A DNA stretch of 64,000 nucleotides, taken from the NCBI RefSeq assembly GCF_036321535.1, contig NC_087436.1:4836001-4900000 (forward strand), written 5' to 3'. The translations under genes were made by a program, and so were the position numbers. Of this stretch, positions 1 to 13,001 are shown piece by piece (within the stretch, counting starts at the first letter, position 1; every line of letters starts with the position of its first letter). The notes below the pieces were generated by a model. That model was not told the DNA's origin, made no database searches, and saw only the letters and a program-made list of their open reading frames with translations. This DNA is from Camelus dromedarius. Lineage: Eukaryota.

Positions 1-1974
1 GTGAGCATGTCAATGGTCCAGGCTTATGCTGGTGAACATGTACCACAACTTACTAACGTGAGCCCTACGCTTCCATAGGTGATAAGAGAAATGCATTGTA
101 TAACAGTCATTATTTAATAAAAGGAGGCTTCCTCATGTTTTAAAAGAGGTTAATTTCTAAGTACTAAGATGCAAGGAATTTTCATGTGGGTCGTTAACCC
201 ACGAACACGGGCAGAGCATGGACGCCGTCTTTGGCAGAAGGTCCTGGTGCTTGTTTGTTTCACATGGCGGCAGGTTGATCATCTTGGTCTTTGATAAAAG
301 CTGCAGGCCTGCTGTGGGAATGTGACCCTCACCCTGTTTGAGCAGGCTAGCTCACGGGGCCAGGGCATAGCTTTTGCCTGAGTCAGGTGTGGCTGTTTTC
401 CATCGCAGCCTCCAGGAGACGGGAGCCTTCTCCTCCAAAGCCTGGGCCTAGATTATTTATATATCAACTGCCATAAACATCTCTCGTAGACTCAGTGATA
501 AAAAAGATTCTCCAGCTCTTAATGATTCGCAGCTTCCAGGTCCTAATTATCTTTACGCTGATACATTTAGGTCTCTGAATTAATAAGCTGGGTTTCTTCC
601 ATGCGATTCAGCTTCAAAGGACACCTTCCACTTGGGCCTCGAGAAACAAGACACTGGGGAAGTGTTCTGGGAAGAGTGTGAGGCGCTGCTTTGTGTGTCA
701 GCTCAGTTCATTAACCCCGGGCCCCACCACGTCTGCCTTCTTCCTGCCCTGGTACCCAGGACACAGTGTGGGTCGGGGAGGTGGGGGGAGGTTCCAGCCT
801 CAGTACAGCAGGGGGTGAGGAGCAGGGGTCCCCCTGCACTTTCTGCTCCAACTCTGCTCACTTTCCAACGCACTGGACCACTCCCAAACCAGTTTCCACA
901 CTTCAAATGCTTACTAAGGAGTGAATGTCAAATTTAAGGCTGAGAGTAAGCCCTGACATATTGAATATTTTCCCACATGAACACGCTATTTGTTTATTAC
1001 TTTGTTTCATTTTCCATTTTTCTGTAAGCTGTTGTAATTTTCTCCTTTAAATTCTTACACCTTATTTTGCCCCTGGGTACATTTCTGTGTATGTATTTGT
1101 TTCTGCTGAAAATGGTATTGATCTATACAAATAAAATCCAATTTTATTTTAAAAAAAGAAGTGAGGAAAAGTCACTGAGTCACATGTGCTCCTTCCGTGG
1201 ACTCCTGGGTCCTCTGTGTCCACACTCTTCTTACCCCTCCCTGACTCTTCAGTAAAAACAAGACAAGAAAGCATCTTGAGGCTGTGCATGTAAGAAGCTT
1301 GGAAGTTGCTTCTCCACCCTGACAACAGGTAAAGAGCTGAACAGACTGGAAAATGCACAGCTCTTTAAGGTCCTTATGAGAGGTGAAGACACAGGCCAAC
1401 TGCTGCCTGCAGGACTTGGAGGGATAGGTGTACCAAGTTGGGGCTTGGGCTGGGGGCACAGTTCACCGGGGTGGAGACTCTCAAGCAGAACCAGCTCGGG
1501 CACCAGCCTTGGGGCAGGAAAACCTCAGCTGTAATCAGTGAACTGCTGGAGGCCCAGTGTGGACAAGCCTGGGAAACAAAAATCCAGGGGGACACAGTTT
1601 CGCCCTTTTTGTGAGTTTCACCTCCAGGGACCTGGCCCAGATCTCACCGTAAACACTGAAGGAAAGCCCTTGTGATTTGGGGGTGGGAGGAGAGGAACAG
1701 AGCGCTGCTCTTAACCAGACCTGCCCTCAGGAGACACTAGTCAGCTGGAGCTTATGCTGCTGGGGTGTTTTCAGAGCCTAACTGGCCGGGCAGAAGGGAA
1801 ATGCATGACTCAGACCACTCCAGCCCTCCCGTCTCACCCAAGAAGCAGAAGAAACCCTGAGATGCACTTCTGAAGCCCCCAGTTTGGGACACAGACTCCT
1901 CAGAAGACTGAGACCTGATCCCAGGCCTGAAGGGTGCACCTCCTGGCTGCACACCTCACCGCACTATGATCAGT

Positions 1975-2845
1975 ATATGCTGAGGGCCATGATGGAGAAA
2001 GTAGACTGCATGCAAGAATAGATGGGCAACTTAAGCAGAGAGATACATCCTAACTAAAAACAAAAGAAAAAGAAACGCTAGAGATAAAGCCCTGTAAGGG
2101 TGGTGAAGAGCTCCTTTCATAGGCTCAACAGTGGACTGGATGTGGCTGAAAAAAGTCTCTGCGCTTGATTATCTCAGTAAACAGAAAGCAAAGAGAAGAG
2201 TATGCTACAGAAGGTGTAACGTACGTATATGGCCAGTCCAGGAGGACAAGATGCACAGAAAGGGACAGACAGATATCTGAAGCAATAATGACCGAAAATA
2301 TCCCCCAATGAAAATCAGACACCAAAGCACAAATGCAGGAAGCTTAGAGAAAACCAAGCAGGTTAAATAGCAAAACAAACTAAAAGCAAAAGCAATTACA
2401 CCTAGGCTTATCATTTTTGAACAACAGGAAATCAAAGTGAAGGAAAAATCCTGAAAGAAGCCAGAGAGGAAAACATGTTACCGGGAGAGGAACACGAATG
2501 ACATCTGACTTCTCCTCCGAAGCCATGTAAGCGAGGAGAGGGTGGAGTTCAGCGTTCTAAGTGCTGAGAGGAGAAATTCACCAGTTTAGAACCCTGCACC
2601 CTGCAAAATTATCTTTTAAGTGAAGAAGAAGTAAAGACATTTTCAGACACACAAAAAATGGAAGGAATTTGTTGCCAGTAGGTCTGCCTTATAAACAATT
2701 TTAAAGCAAGTTTTGTTTTTTTTTTTTCCCGCCAAAGGGAAGGCAAATGTTAAAGGTCAGAAACTCAGATCTACATCAAGAAAGGAAAAGGCTCAAAGTG
2801 TTAAGTAAATGGAAAATAAACTTATTTTTCTTATTCTTAATTGCT
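1975..2845 (+). mobile_element. Old L1 (L1M-type) fragment covering decayed ORF1
   Basis: Degenerate ORF1p C-terminal signature: ACATCTGACTTCTCCTCCGAAGCCATG (TSDFSSEAM), AGAACCCTGCACCCTGCAAAATTATCTTTTAAG (RxLxPAKLSFK), GAAGTAAAGACATTTTCAGAC (EVKTFSD); many stops and frameshifts. Confidence 0.8.
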
Positions 2846-3562
2846 CATTTGGAAGTCAAGAAATCTCATCTTTCTTGCTTTCAGTAGTAAAACAAAATTA
2901 TGCTAAGATACAAAATTTTACATCTTTTAAGGGTACAATGTGGTGGCCACTGAATATAATCTCTAAGACACAAATCATTATCTACAGAACACTGGCTTAA
3001 TCACTTAAATCCATCCTGATTGAGCCTTGAGAAGCCACTTAAGACTTTGTGGCTTAAACATCATCCAAATCATTTATGATGACAGCTGAATTACGATTAT
3101 GTTTAAAGCATTCCTTGCAATGGAAACAGCAACTCATCAGCAGAGGAGAATGTGGCGGAAGCAGTCTGAATGCGCCAGAAGGAACATCTGTGAAACTCAC
3201 AAACGCACGGGAGACAACCCAGCTGTGTGGGATTAAGACAAGTTCTCATTAATGCGTCCGAATAAACTGCAAAACGGATCACGTCACAGGTTCCAGAGAC
3301 ATCGCTTCTGAAATAAACATAAAGCCCTGTGTTTAACTCAAAATTATACTTAATGAATCATTTCAGCCTTTTAATAATTAGAAGACTGCCCATAAACAGG
3401 CTTGGGGGTTGTGCCTTGAGGCTGACCAGTGTTTAATTTTATTAACAGATTTATGAACAGGGAAAGGTGGGATCCCTTGGAATTCTGTGTTAAAGGGAAG
3501 CTGACAAACCACCAACTCGATCCTCTATACACTCTATTAGAACGGAAGGAAAGGAGGAACAC

Positions 3563-3624
3563 ACTGCAATTGCTGTGCACCAGAAACTAACATGATGTTG
3601 TAAATCAGCCATAATTCAATAAAA
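3563..3624 (+). mobile_element. Very short 5'-truncated L1 3' terminus
   Basis: TGCTGTGCACCAGAAACTAACATGATGTTGTAAATCAGCCATAATTCAATAAAA resembles the last ~60 bp of the L1 ends near 5820-5890 and 44345-44400. Confidence 0.65.
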
Positions 3625-3954
3625 CCCCCCACCCTGTGTGCTGAAAAACAAACAGGAAAACCACAAAGGGTTGTATCACTTGGCCTCTCCAATTACAGCC
3701 ACTGAATTTAGGACCAAACTCCCTTTATTATTTTTTGGTAAGAGGTGTCTCTGTTGTACAATGAAACTAAAATAAATGGAAGTGAAAACACTTGAAACAA
3801 ATGATCAGTTGAAAACCCCTCCCTGTTCATGGAAGCCAAGCCTCTGACGGTGGTTCTGTATTACTTACCTGAGATAAGAAAACAATTCGGGCTTCGGTCT
3901 AGACAGCTGACAATCACACTTAGGCACTGACAACAGTTGTGACACTTCACTGTC

Positions 3955-4170
3955 TTTTTAAAAAGACTTTTATTTTATAGCAGTGTTTGGTGTAGAACAA
4001 GGTAGGGAGGGAGCTGCAGAGATTTTCACGCACCCCCTGCCTCCTCGCACGCTCAGCCTCCTCCTTATGAACATCACTCATCAGGATGGACAGACGGACA
4101 GAGGCCGTGCCCTCTTTCTCCTCCTGCTAATGGTCAGCGTCTTACTTCCAGTCCACCTTGGGGTATAGGA
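3955..4170 (-). mobile_element. Old L1 3' end (L1MD/MC-like), antisense
   Basis: AGACTTTTATTTTATAGCAGTGTTTGG...CAGAGATTTTCACGCACCCCCTGCC...CAGCCTCCTCCTTATGAACATC resembles the reverse complement of the old L1M 3' UTR terminus. Confidence 0.55.
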
Positions 4171-5016
4171 GATACTAGTAAATACTTTGAGATCTTTTTT
4201 TCTTACACAAGTTTTAAGGGCTTTATCATCCTTGTAGACAAATTATTCTAAAACAAGACCATATGATTTATTTACATGTATACATTCACACATTTTTCTG
4301 CAGCAGGCATCCTGTTATTTTGTGTGTTTTGATAAGGGCACAGTTAAGAGTCAGGCAGCCCAGCAGACACTTGAAGAACTGAGTCTTAAGAGACCAAGAA
4401 TTGTAATGTTAAAATTGAATAAGTTTATATTACTCCTTGTATCTAAATTAAGCTTAGTAATAAATCATTAACCAGCTATTAACACGAACAAGCATGGGAC
4501 TCAATTCTCAGTGTACGAAAAAGCACAAGGCATGGTGTTCCGGCCTTAGCACTCTGCAGTCTGGTTTAGGAGCCGGAGCGTACACATCGGACGGCATCCA
4601 CCAAAGCGAGCGTCTGGGAAAGGAACGGGACAGAAGGGAGTTTGGAAAAAGAGGATGTCATTTTCAGCAAAGGTTTCATTTGTTCAAAAACCAAAATCAC
4701 AGTAAGGATCTATGCAGACTATCAATAGTGAGCAGATGTCTCAGATGGTAGGAATAACAAGATTAAATAACACAGTGCTCCTGAGCAAAAGTATCAGAGA
4801 AGTAAACAGTTAAAACAGTTACAGTGCAACGTGCCGGGCGCTATGACTAAGGCATGAATGTCACGTGCACTGCAGAGAAACCTGCAGCCCTGCCTGCAGA
4901 AGCTGGGGATGGGTTTGAAGTGGAGAAGAGAGGTTTGTAAAGCAAGAAGACTGTGTAAGACTATGTCAGGCAACATGGGTCGTAGAAAAAAAAAGTCCCC
5001 GGCAAAAGAAGATCCT

Positions 5017-5071
5017 TGTGTGTATGTATGTCTGTGTGTGTGTCTGTATGTGTGTCCGTATCTGTGTGTGT
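5017..5071. repeat. Degenerate (TG)n microsatellite
   Basis: tgtgtgtatgtatgtctgtgtgtgtgtctgtatgtgtgtccgtatctgtgtgtgt. Confidence 0.8.
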
Positions 5072-5610
5072 ACAGAATGGGCAGAATGGGGTGGGAAGTG
5101 TGTTTCACAATGCAGGTTTTATTACTGGTCACTGATGGTGAAACCAGCAGATCAGGAGATGACTGGCACTGACAACCATTACTCACGCATGGCTCCCAAG
5201 TCAGGGGCCTTCCAACTGCACAGGGTGCGAGAAGGAAGGAACCGTTTCATCAGGAAACAGAGGGAGAGGTGGTTCTTGAGGGCGGGAATGGACCGGATGA
5301 GACCTGAGGGGGCAGGCTGAACAGGGTTAGGACTGGCTGGTTTGAGAAATGTCAACAGGCTCGGGGCAGGGGCTGTGCCTTGTTGTCTGGCTCTGGGATG
5401 ACCCCAGAGTGAGAGAGCCTGACCTGGGAGGCAGTTTGGAGGCCAGCACAATGGTTTGCTTGATTCGCATGTGAAGGTGAGTATCGGGCAAGAACTTGCT
5501 CTCTAGGAATTAGCTGATCCTGGGAGGGCAGCCGTTCCCGTGTCAGCAGTGCCTGGCATTGCAAAGCATCGGGGAAGAAAGAAAACAAACAAAAAACGTA
5601 ATTAATACAT

Positions 5611-5890
5611 AACACAGACATAGAAAATAAACATGGCTATCAGGGAGGAAGGGGGTGGGAAGGGGTAAATTAGGAGTTTGGGATTAGCAGATACACACTA
5701 CTGTATATAAAAATAGATAAACAACAAGGACCTACTGTACAGCTCAGGGAACTCTATTCAATATCTTATAATAACCTATAATGAAAAGGAATATGAAAAA
5801 TAATGTATATGTATAACTGAATCACTATGTGGTACCTCAGAGACTAACACTGTAACATTGTAAATCAATTATACTTCAAATAAAAAATAA
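5611..5890 (+). mobile_element. L1 3' UTR fragment (cetartiodactyl L1 type)
   Basis: CACAGACATAGAAAA...GGAGTTTGGGATTAGCAGATACACACTACTGTATATAAAA...ACTTCAAATAAAAAA; homologous to the copies at 27665-27963 (-), 41149-41633 (-) and 44025-44410 (+). Confidence 0.9.
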
Positions 5891-7913
5891 TTAAGTGGTT
5901 TGAAAAAATAAATAATAAAGTAAAATTTCAAGAAATTACCAGAATGGACAAGCCCCTCTGTCCCTGAAGGGGGCCCCAGTGGGGGAGCCGTCAGCAGCCT
6001 GAGGGAGGGCGTGCTGGCAGCAAGACGCTGAGTCTGGCTGTGGAGCCGGGAGGGGTCACCAGCCTCCCAGAGAACCCCCCGCCGTCTTCCTGTTTCCCTG
6101 GTGACCCTGTTTCCTGGACCTCGTGGACCCCCGTCTGTCTGTCTCTAGTGGATGCTGCAAGTGTCACTGATCAGGCACATGGGACACAGGCTGCCCCCAC
6201 GTGGTCTGCACGATGCTGTCCCCATGGACCCTCACCCCTGAGTACCTTAAAGAGACCCCCATTTCCTGAAGATCAAACACATTCCTTCCGGGGGTCTAGC
6301 TCCATAAAATACGAAACTGGTATTTTTTTTTCTTCTTGTTTTATATAAAAATACCACCCAGGTAGGTACTGAATTTCAGGGAAGGGGCTTGGAGAACTGT
6401 TTATTTTGGAGCTAACGCGTAGTAAAAGAATGCTTTCAGGGATTTTTGCTTAAAGGCAAATTTTTTCCCCAGGTCTTATTAAACATACTATTCTGGCATC
6501 AGGCAAAAAGATGAAGTGTATAGATTTCCCTCGAGAGGGCTTGTGGGCACCTGGTGAGATTTGGAGTCTTGACACATGCTTTCTTTAACAGCGTCTTTCA
6601 ACCCCGGGTCTGTGATCACTTTGCACTTACCATCCCCTGGAAGGTACACTTTTTTTCTCTCTTCTGCATCTGGAAAGCCTGAGACACGTGGACTTCTTCC
6701 TTGGAGCTGCATTAATTTTTAATCTGGAAAAAAAGCTAGTACATACTGGCCACTTTACATTCTTAGTGTTTAAAGCGACCAAGAATGGTAGGTTTGCCCG
6801 TGGCTTCTAACACCCCAAATTATGCTTTTTATTCCCAGTTTCCAAAGAGTGTCTTCATTATAAGCTGATCTCTAAAAATCTTTATGGAAAGGGCTTCCAG
6901 ATTTGTTTTTTCACGTGCATGTTTAGCCGCACTGAACGCACCAGATGTTGGAATGCATTTCTTACGCTTGTACGTTAATACGATGTAAGAACATGGGTGT
7001 CAATACCAGAGGAACGTGGTGTGTTCATTGCTACAGCACATCTGCCATGGTTACTTAAATATTTCCTCTGCCCGGGTTTTGAGACTACGCAACAAACGTG
7101 TTAGCTTCCCCCCCGATACACCCCACCCCCCCGCAGCTGTGAGGGAAGAGCTCAGGATGGACCGTGAGAACAAGGGCGTTGCCGAGGGCCGGAGCAGCTG
7201 GAGAGCAGGCGCGCTTGCGAGGATGGCTTTTCCTCATCGCACCCAGCTGCTCGCCCGGCCTCACTGGCAAGGAAGCAAGCGAGGGACCTCCCTCGGGTCC
7301 TCCTCCTCTCCGTCTTCCTTCCCTCCCTCCTCTCTCAGATGCCAGGCAGCGGAGGAGCAGCGAGCTGTATGTAACGGGGTGGGGGCGGGGGGAAGCACGC
7401 GGCTAGTCCCCCAGGACTGTGACCTCCCAGCTCTCCCAGAGGATGCTATTCCCACGATGTAGGTCTGCGGCATTTCTGTCTCCTCGTTCCACTAACCTGA
7501 CGCTCAAAAAGAAAGTGAATTCAAAACATTTGTAGATACGAGATATAAAAATAGTAAAAAAAAAAAAAATTATTAGATACCAATCTGTAATAAATGCACG
7601 ATTTCCTGCGTAAAAGCAGTTAGCAACCTTGACTCAAGAGAGGTGGCATTTTTATAGATAAGATCACTTGTCTCAAAAATCTAGGAGCATCTACTAAAAA
7701 CTAATCAAATTAATAGAAGAGTGTAGTAATCCCTGATCAACATAAATAATAAATGACTTCCCCGTTTATCTGTATGGATGGCTCAGGAATAAGCAGTGTG
7801 GGAACATTTGGTTACTAATGAGAAAATTAGCTTGTAATATCATTCATAAACATGTACACAAAAATTCAACAAAGACTAAATAGTTAAATGAATTATATAA
7901 AATTATAGAAGAG

Positions 7914-8535
7914 TCAAGGAATAGACTTACCATATGACCCAGGAATCCTGCTCCTGGGCATATATCCAGAAAGAACCCTACTTCAAAATGACATCTGCGC
8001 CCCAATGTTCATAGCAGCACTATTTACAATAGCCAAGACATGGAAACAGCTTAAATGTCCATCAACAGGTGACTGGATAAAGAAGAAGTGGTACTATTTA
8101 TACAATGGAATACTACTCAGCCATAAAAATCAACAACATAATGCCATTTGCAGCAACATGGATGTTTCTGGAGAATGTCATTCTAAGTGAAGTAAGCCAG
8201 AAAGAGAAAGAAAAATACCATATGAGATCACTCATATGTGGAATCTGAAAAAAAAAAATGCTAAACAGAAACAGACTCATAGACATAGCATGCAAACTTG
8301 TGGTTGCCAGAGGGACAGGGGGTGGGAAGGGACTGGGATTTCAAAATGTAGAATAGATAAATGAGACTGTACTGTGTAGCACAGGGAGATACATACAGGA
8401 TCCTGTGGTGGCTCACAGCAAAAGAGAATGTGACAATGAATGTATGTATGTTCATGTATAACTGAAAAATTGTGCTCTACACTGGAAGTTGACACAACAT
8501 TGTAAAATGACTATAACTCAATAAAAAATGTAAAA
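7914..8535 (+). mobile_element. Young 5'-truncated L1 (ORF2 C-terminus plus 3' UTR) with 15-bp TSD
   Basis: ORF 8005-8190 ([15 protein letters not shown]...) is the L1 ORF2p C-terminus; perfect TSD AAAATTATAGAAGAG at 7899-7913 and 8536-8550; ends CTCAATAAAAAATGTAAAAAA. Confidence 0.95.
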
Positions 8536-11128
8536 AAAATTATAGAAGAGCCAGAAGAAAATGTAGAAAAAAGTTTTTCAGTTACAACGAGGATGCTTCT
8601 TAGCATATTTGTAACCAGGAGAAGACATGGGGTGAAATAATGACAATCATTCTAATCTTTGCTTGGGGCAGGTTTCAGTGTCTCCACATTTCTTTTGCTG
8701 CAGCTTCAAGTCTGACCCTTGATAGGGTCAAAAAGAAAAACTAAAAAATACTAAAAAAAAAAAAAAAAAAAAAAAAAAATCAGCCTTAAGGCTAAGTCAC
8801 AGAATTTGAGTGAAATGTGGAATTTCATCTGCTAACTTTCACCATTTCTCTCCCATTCTAGCAGCAACCTTTTGCCAACAGTAGGGTATACATGGTAAGT
8901 TCTAGAAAAAGTTCCATGTGGGTGTTTTCTTGGCCAGCTAGTATTAGAAATGTATTTGCCAATGGAGAGCAACTATATTGCTAAATTTCTAGTTTTCCTT
9001 TTGACCAACTTCAAATAAAATTTCATCGATATGAATTTGGCCAAATGCTATTCCAGTCTAAAAATGGCCGTTAACTTTACAATAATTTGTCTTCCTTCGA
9101 TAACTTAATGCTTATTATTTTCAGCCAGGAATGGAAACACAGGGTGAGCTCCCAAATCCACTGTATAATTTTGGAGTTCCTTTCTTTTTCCATGAGGGAT
9201 CATTGGTCACGAGTCATCACACATATTGCTTCTTCTTAAAACTGAAGCTCCTGTAGATCAAATGATTTTGCCTCAAGGTGGAGCTGTTATATTTTCAGAA
9301 GAGGAAAGGACCAGCAGCACTTTTGAAATGTTCTGAAATTTCGTTACAATGCTGAGGAGAAGTTTCAGCTGTTTCAAATAAGAAATGACAGAAGTGACTA
9401 TTCCTTCTCTTCTTTCTCATTCTAGGAAACAGGGGTCATGGTAAAGGCACGTCGGACTACGCCCAGGTGTCACCGCGTGTCACAACCCTGTTCATTCAAG
9501 CTGACGGGCTCTTCCCAGGAGGTTTGTTTCAGAGCATCTTCTGATGCATCTGGCTGAGTAACGCGCACACAAACATGTACCTAAACCACAAGCTGCTTTA
9601 CACAGACTGCCTGTGCTTATGTTGCAAACATTTTGTATATGTGTCCTCTGTTGGCCAAACAAGGCTATTTTAGACAATTCTGGCAGATTTCCAAATCACT
9701 GTCATCCCAGATATATTAAACTCCAACATCGCAGTTTCTTTTTTTTTTTTTTTTTTTTGCCTTTTTTTTGGGACTAAATAGAACCAGGCTTATCAGTTAT
9801 TAGCAGCAGCAGCAGCTGAAGTACAAAATGTCAGCAGAATGAAATTAAATATGATGACGCTGGTGTCACCAGATTTAAAAAAATCAAAACCATAGTAAAT
9901 CTGAGAATAAAGATTGTGTGGAGTTTTTAATATTCTCATTGTGTTTATTTGGAAATACTGAATATAGAATGTAATTTTTACTCAAAAAGTGTAAATACCA
10001 CACAATATATTTCTTTGCCACGATCTTTTGTGACTCTTCTTAGCTGATGGAAAACTCTGATTGAACGACTTTCAGATGTTTTAATTTCACAGAATATTCT
10101 CCCCTTTACTGAGGACTGCATGGGCACCTCACCCCTCCCCCTCCCTGCCCACCCCTTTTTTCTGAGAGAGAAATTTGTCTTCCCTGGAAGGATTGTGCAA
10201 ACTGTAACATGCTACGTGTTGAGTCACTGTTACGCTGCAGTGTAGTGTCATGCCTCTGCAACGTGGACGGGGCAGCCCTAAAGATGATCATTAGAATTTA
10301 ATATGTTGCCATAACTTGCCAAACTGTGGAAGAATTTGTGTATCTGCTGATAGTAAAGTGGCATTTATTGAAGGGAGAGTGTTATAGAAAACAAGGATAT
10401 TTAGGTGCTATGTGACATAGTGAAACTCCAGTGTACACATAGTGTTCAAAATAGCTGGATACCAAAGTGTGGTTTCCCAGTGCTGATCCCAAAGCTTCTT
10501 AGTGCATCCTGGGTGATTGAGGGGAGAGGATGGAGCAGAGGGAGATGGAGGAGGAACAGGGTTCTCATTGTCTCTCACCTGTCTGATGCTGGTCCTCTCC
10601 CAGCAGATCCAAGTAAAACATGTTTGCTCCAAAATCCCATCCAGATGTGACCTGATGTAACACCTCACCCTTGCACTCATTATATTTCTACCCTACTTGG
10701 TTACTCAATGAATATTTAAAAATCAAATCGGATTTCAATACATGCTTCCTTAGCAGATTATTCTAGTTTTAGCCGTGTTGTATCACCATCAGAGGCACAA
10801 AATATTTACATCCAACTGTAGAAATTACAGTCCGAATTAGGCAATGTCAGGGTTGCTGACTCACTCATGACGGTGTCTGTGGTATATCTATCACAGGGCT
10901 TATTGTTAAACCCCAAACCCCCGCATTCCCTGCCAAAAACGTAGTCCACTATCAGATTGCACAGAACTTGAAATCACACACTGATTCAATAAACTTGTAG
11001 TTTAAAAGAACATCCTGGTATTGTGCTTTCTATAAAATGGAATAGATGCTCTTAGAAGAAATTCTGAGAGAACTTAGATAACTTTCTCTAAGTTTGTACC
11101 TTTACAGTCGTCTGCTGTGTTCCAAGAC

Positions 11129-11333
11129 CAGCAGGATCCAATGGAACGATTTTAAAGACTGGAAATGCGCCTGAGCTCTTCTGAAATTAACCCACTAGCG
11201 GCTCATGGATATTGATCACTCGAATGTGTCTACTGTGTCTGAGGAACATAGTTTAAATTTAATTTGATTGTAATTTGTAACTTAAATTTAAACATTCACG
11301 TGTGACTAGTTCCTACATACTGATGAATGCAAG
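11129..11333 (+). mobile_element. MER3-like hAT-Charlie non-autonomous DNA transposon
   Basis: CCACTAGC...ATTGATCACTCGAATGTGTCTACTGTGTCTGAGGAAC, an AT-rich TTAAATTTAA core, CACGTGTGACTAGT; flanked by TCCAAGAC/GTCTAGAA, resembling the Charlie NTCTAGAN target. Confidence 0.7.
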
Positions 11334-11616
11334 TCTAGAAGCTACATTGGAGTCCTTCAAAGCTCACTCTCTGGGACCCAGTCTAACCTCACCCACCACC
11401 GACACACTTTAAAAGCATTTCTCCTGTGGGATATGACACTTTAGATTTTGCTGTTTTGAAAAAAAGCCCACATTTTCAGGAACATAACCTGAACATTACT
11501 CAAAAAAATAATATATTTGAAAATGACAGTTTTAAGAAAATGGTGTTAGCTAGCCCTCTTTCTTCTGTCCAGCAAATTCCTTGCTGATCCCAGATTTAAA
11601 AGCTGATTTATTTCAT

Positions 11617-11637
11617 ACACACACACACACACACACA
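11617..11637. repeat. (AC)n microsatellite
   Basis: About 10 uninterrupted AC units. Confidence 0.9.
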
Positions 11638-12202
11638 AAATGGGTACTATTTTCTGTCCTTCCTTCCAGATGTAAGGACTCATCCAAATCCCCAATCAAT
11701 CAATGGGTTTATATTTTAAGTGACTTCTGATTGAATTACTATCCTTTTAGCTGCCTACAGGTGCCCATGAAATAGCCTCTTAACCCATAAGTAAACTAAA
11801 CACGTTGTCCTAGAAATTCTCCAAGGCAGCAGCTGCCGGGGCGCCACTCCTCAGGGGTCCTAATTCAGGTATGGGCTACTTCATGTCAGCCAGGCAAGTT
11901 CCAGAAAAGTAGTGAGTGTGGTCGATGGAAGCAGACACTCTGGAAATATTCTCTCTGGTCATAATTAAACAAGTTTTGGGAAGTTATTGCTCAGCCATTT
12001 CAACTGATACATAAACTTTTGGAAGAGCTAAGACTGAAAGTTTCTAAGAAACTTGAAAAATCATCCTGGTTGGTTCTTGCTGGAAAAAAAAAAAGGCTTT
12101 GATTTAGCGTGGTATCTACTAACTTCTGAAGCAACATTACTAATTAGCCAACAATTTCCTACTTGATCAAAGCCAGCTGGCTTTCTAGTGATATTTATTT
12201 TT

Positions 12203-13001
12203 CATTTTTTTAATTGAGGAAACAGTGGTTCATAAAATTGTGTATTTCGTGTGCATACGATTCTGTTCCTACTTCTGTATACGCTACAGCGTGCTCACCA
12301 CCAATAATTAATTTTTCGTCCATCGCCGTACAGTTGACCCCCTTAGCCCACATTGCCCCCCTCCCCTGGTAACCATCACTCTGTCTCTATGCATTTGGTT
12401 TTGTTTGGTTTGTTCATTTATTTTATTTTTGTTTGTTTTTTATATTTTACACATGAGTGAAGGCCTGTGGTGCTTGTCTTTCTCATCTGACTTATTTCAC
12501 TGAGCAGAATACTCTCAGGGTCCATTTATGTTGTTGCAAGTGATGAGATTTCATCCTCTCATGGCTGAGTAGTGTTCCACTGTATATACTTGTATAGATA
12601 TTGATGGACACTCAGGTTGTTTCCACAGCTCGACAATAATAAATAATGCTGTGATGGACATAGGAATTCTTTTCAAATTAGTGTTTTTGTATTCTTCGGG
12701 TAAACCCGGAAGTGGAGTTGCTGGAGCACATGGTAGTTCTAGTCTTAATTTTTTCAGGACCCTCCATACTCTCTTCCAAGTAGCTGCACCAATTTACATT
12801 CCCACCAACAGTTTATAAAGGCTCCCTTTTTTCCCTCCACATCCTCACCAATACTTCTTATTTCTGGCCTTTTTGATGATAGCCATTCTAACAGGCATGA
12901 GATGATATCTCATTGTGGTTTTGATTTGCATTTCCATAATAATTAGTGATGTTGAACACATTTTCATGCAGCTGTTGGGCATCTGTATGTCTTTTTTGGA
13001 A
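12203..13001 (-). mobile_element. L1 3' portion (ORF2 end plus 3' UTR), antisense, older laurasiatherian-type
   Basis: CATTGTGGTTTTGATTTGCATTTCC and TTTACATTCCCACCAACAG are reverse-complement L1 ORF2 3' motifs; T-rich tail at the left end. Confidence 0.9.

Noticed and set aside
1..10. Window begins with GTGAGC, resembling a 5' splice donor
   Set aside because: The upstream exon is not visible, and a 6-mer at the window edge cannot establish an intron start or gene strand
90..300. Possible old hAT-type MER fragment (similar impressions at 30970-31200 and 53900-54020)
   Set aside because: Resemblance too weak to assign a family or boundaries without a profile search
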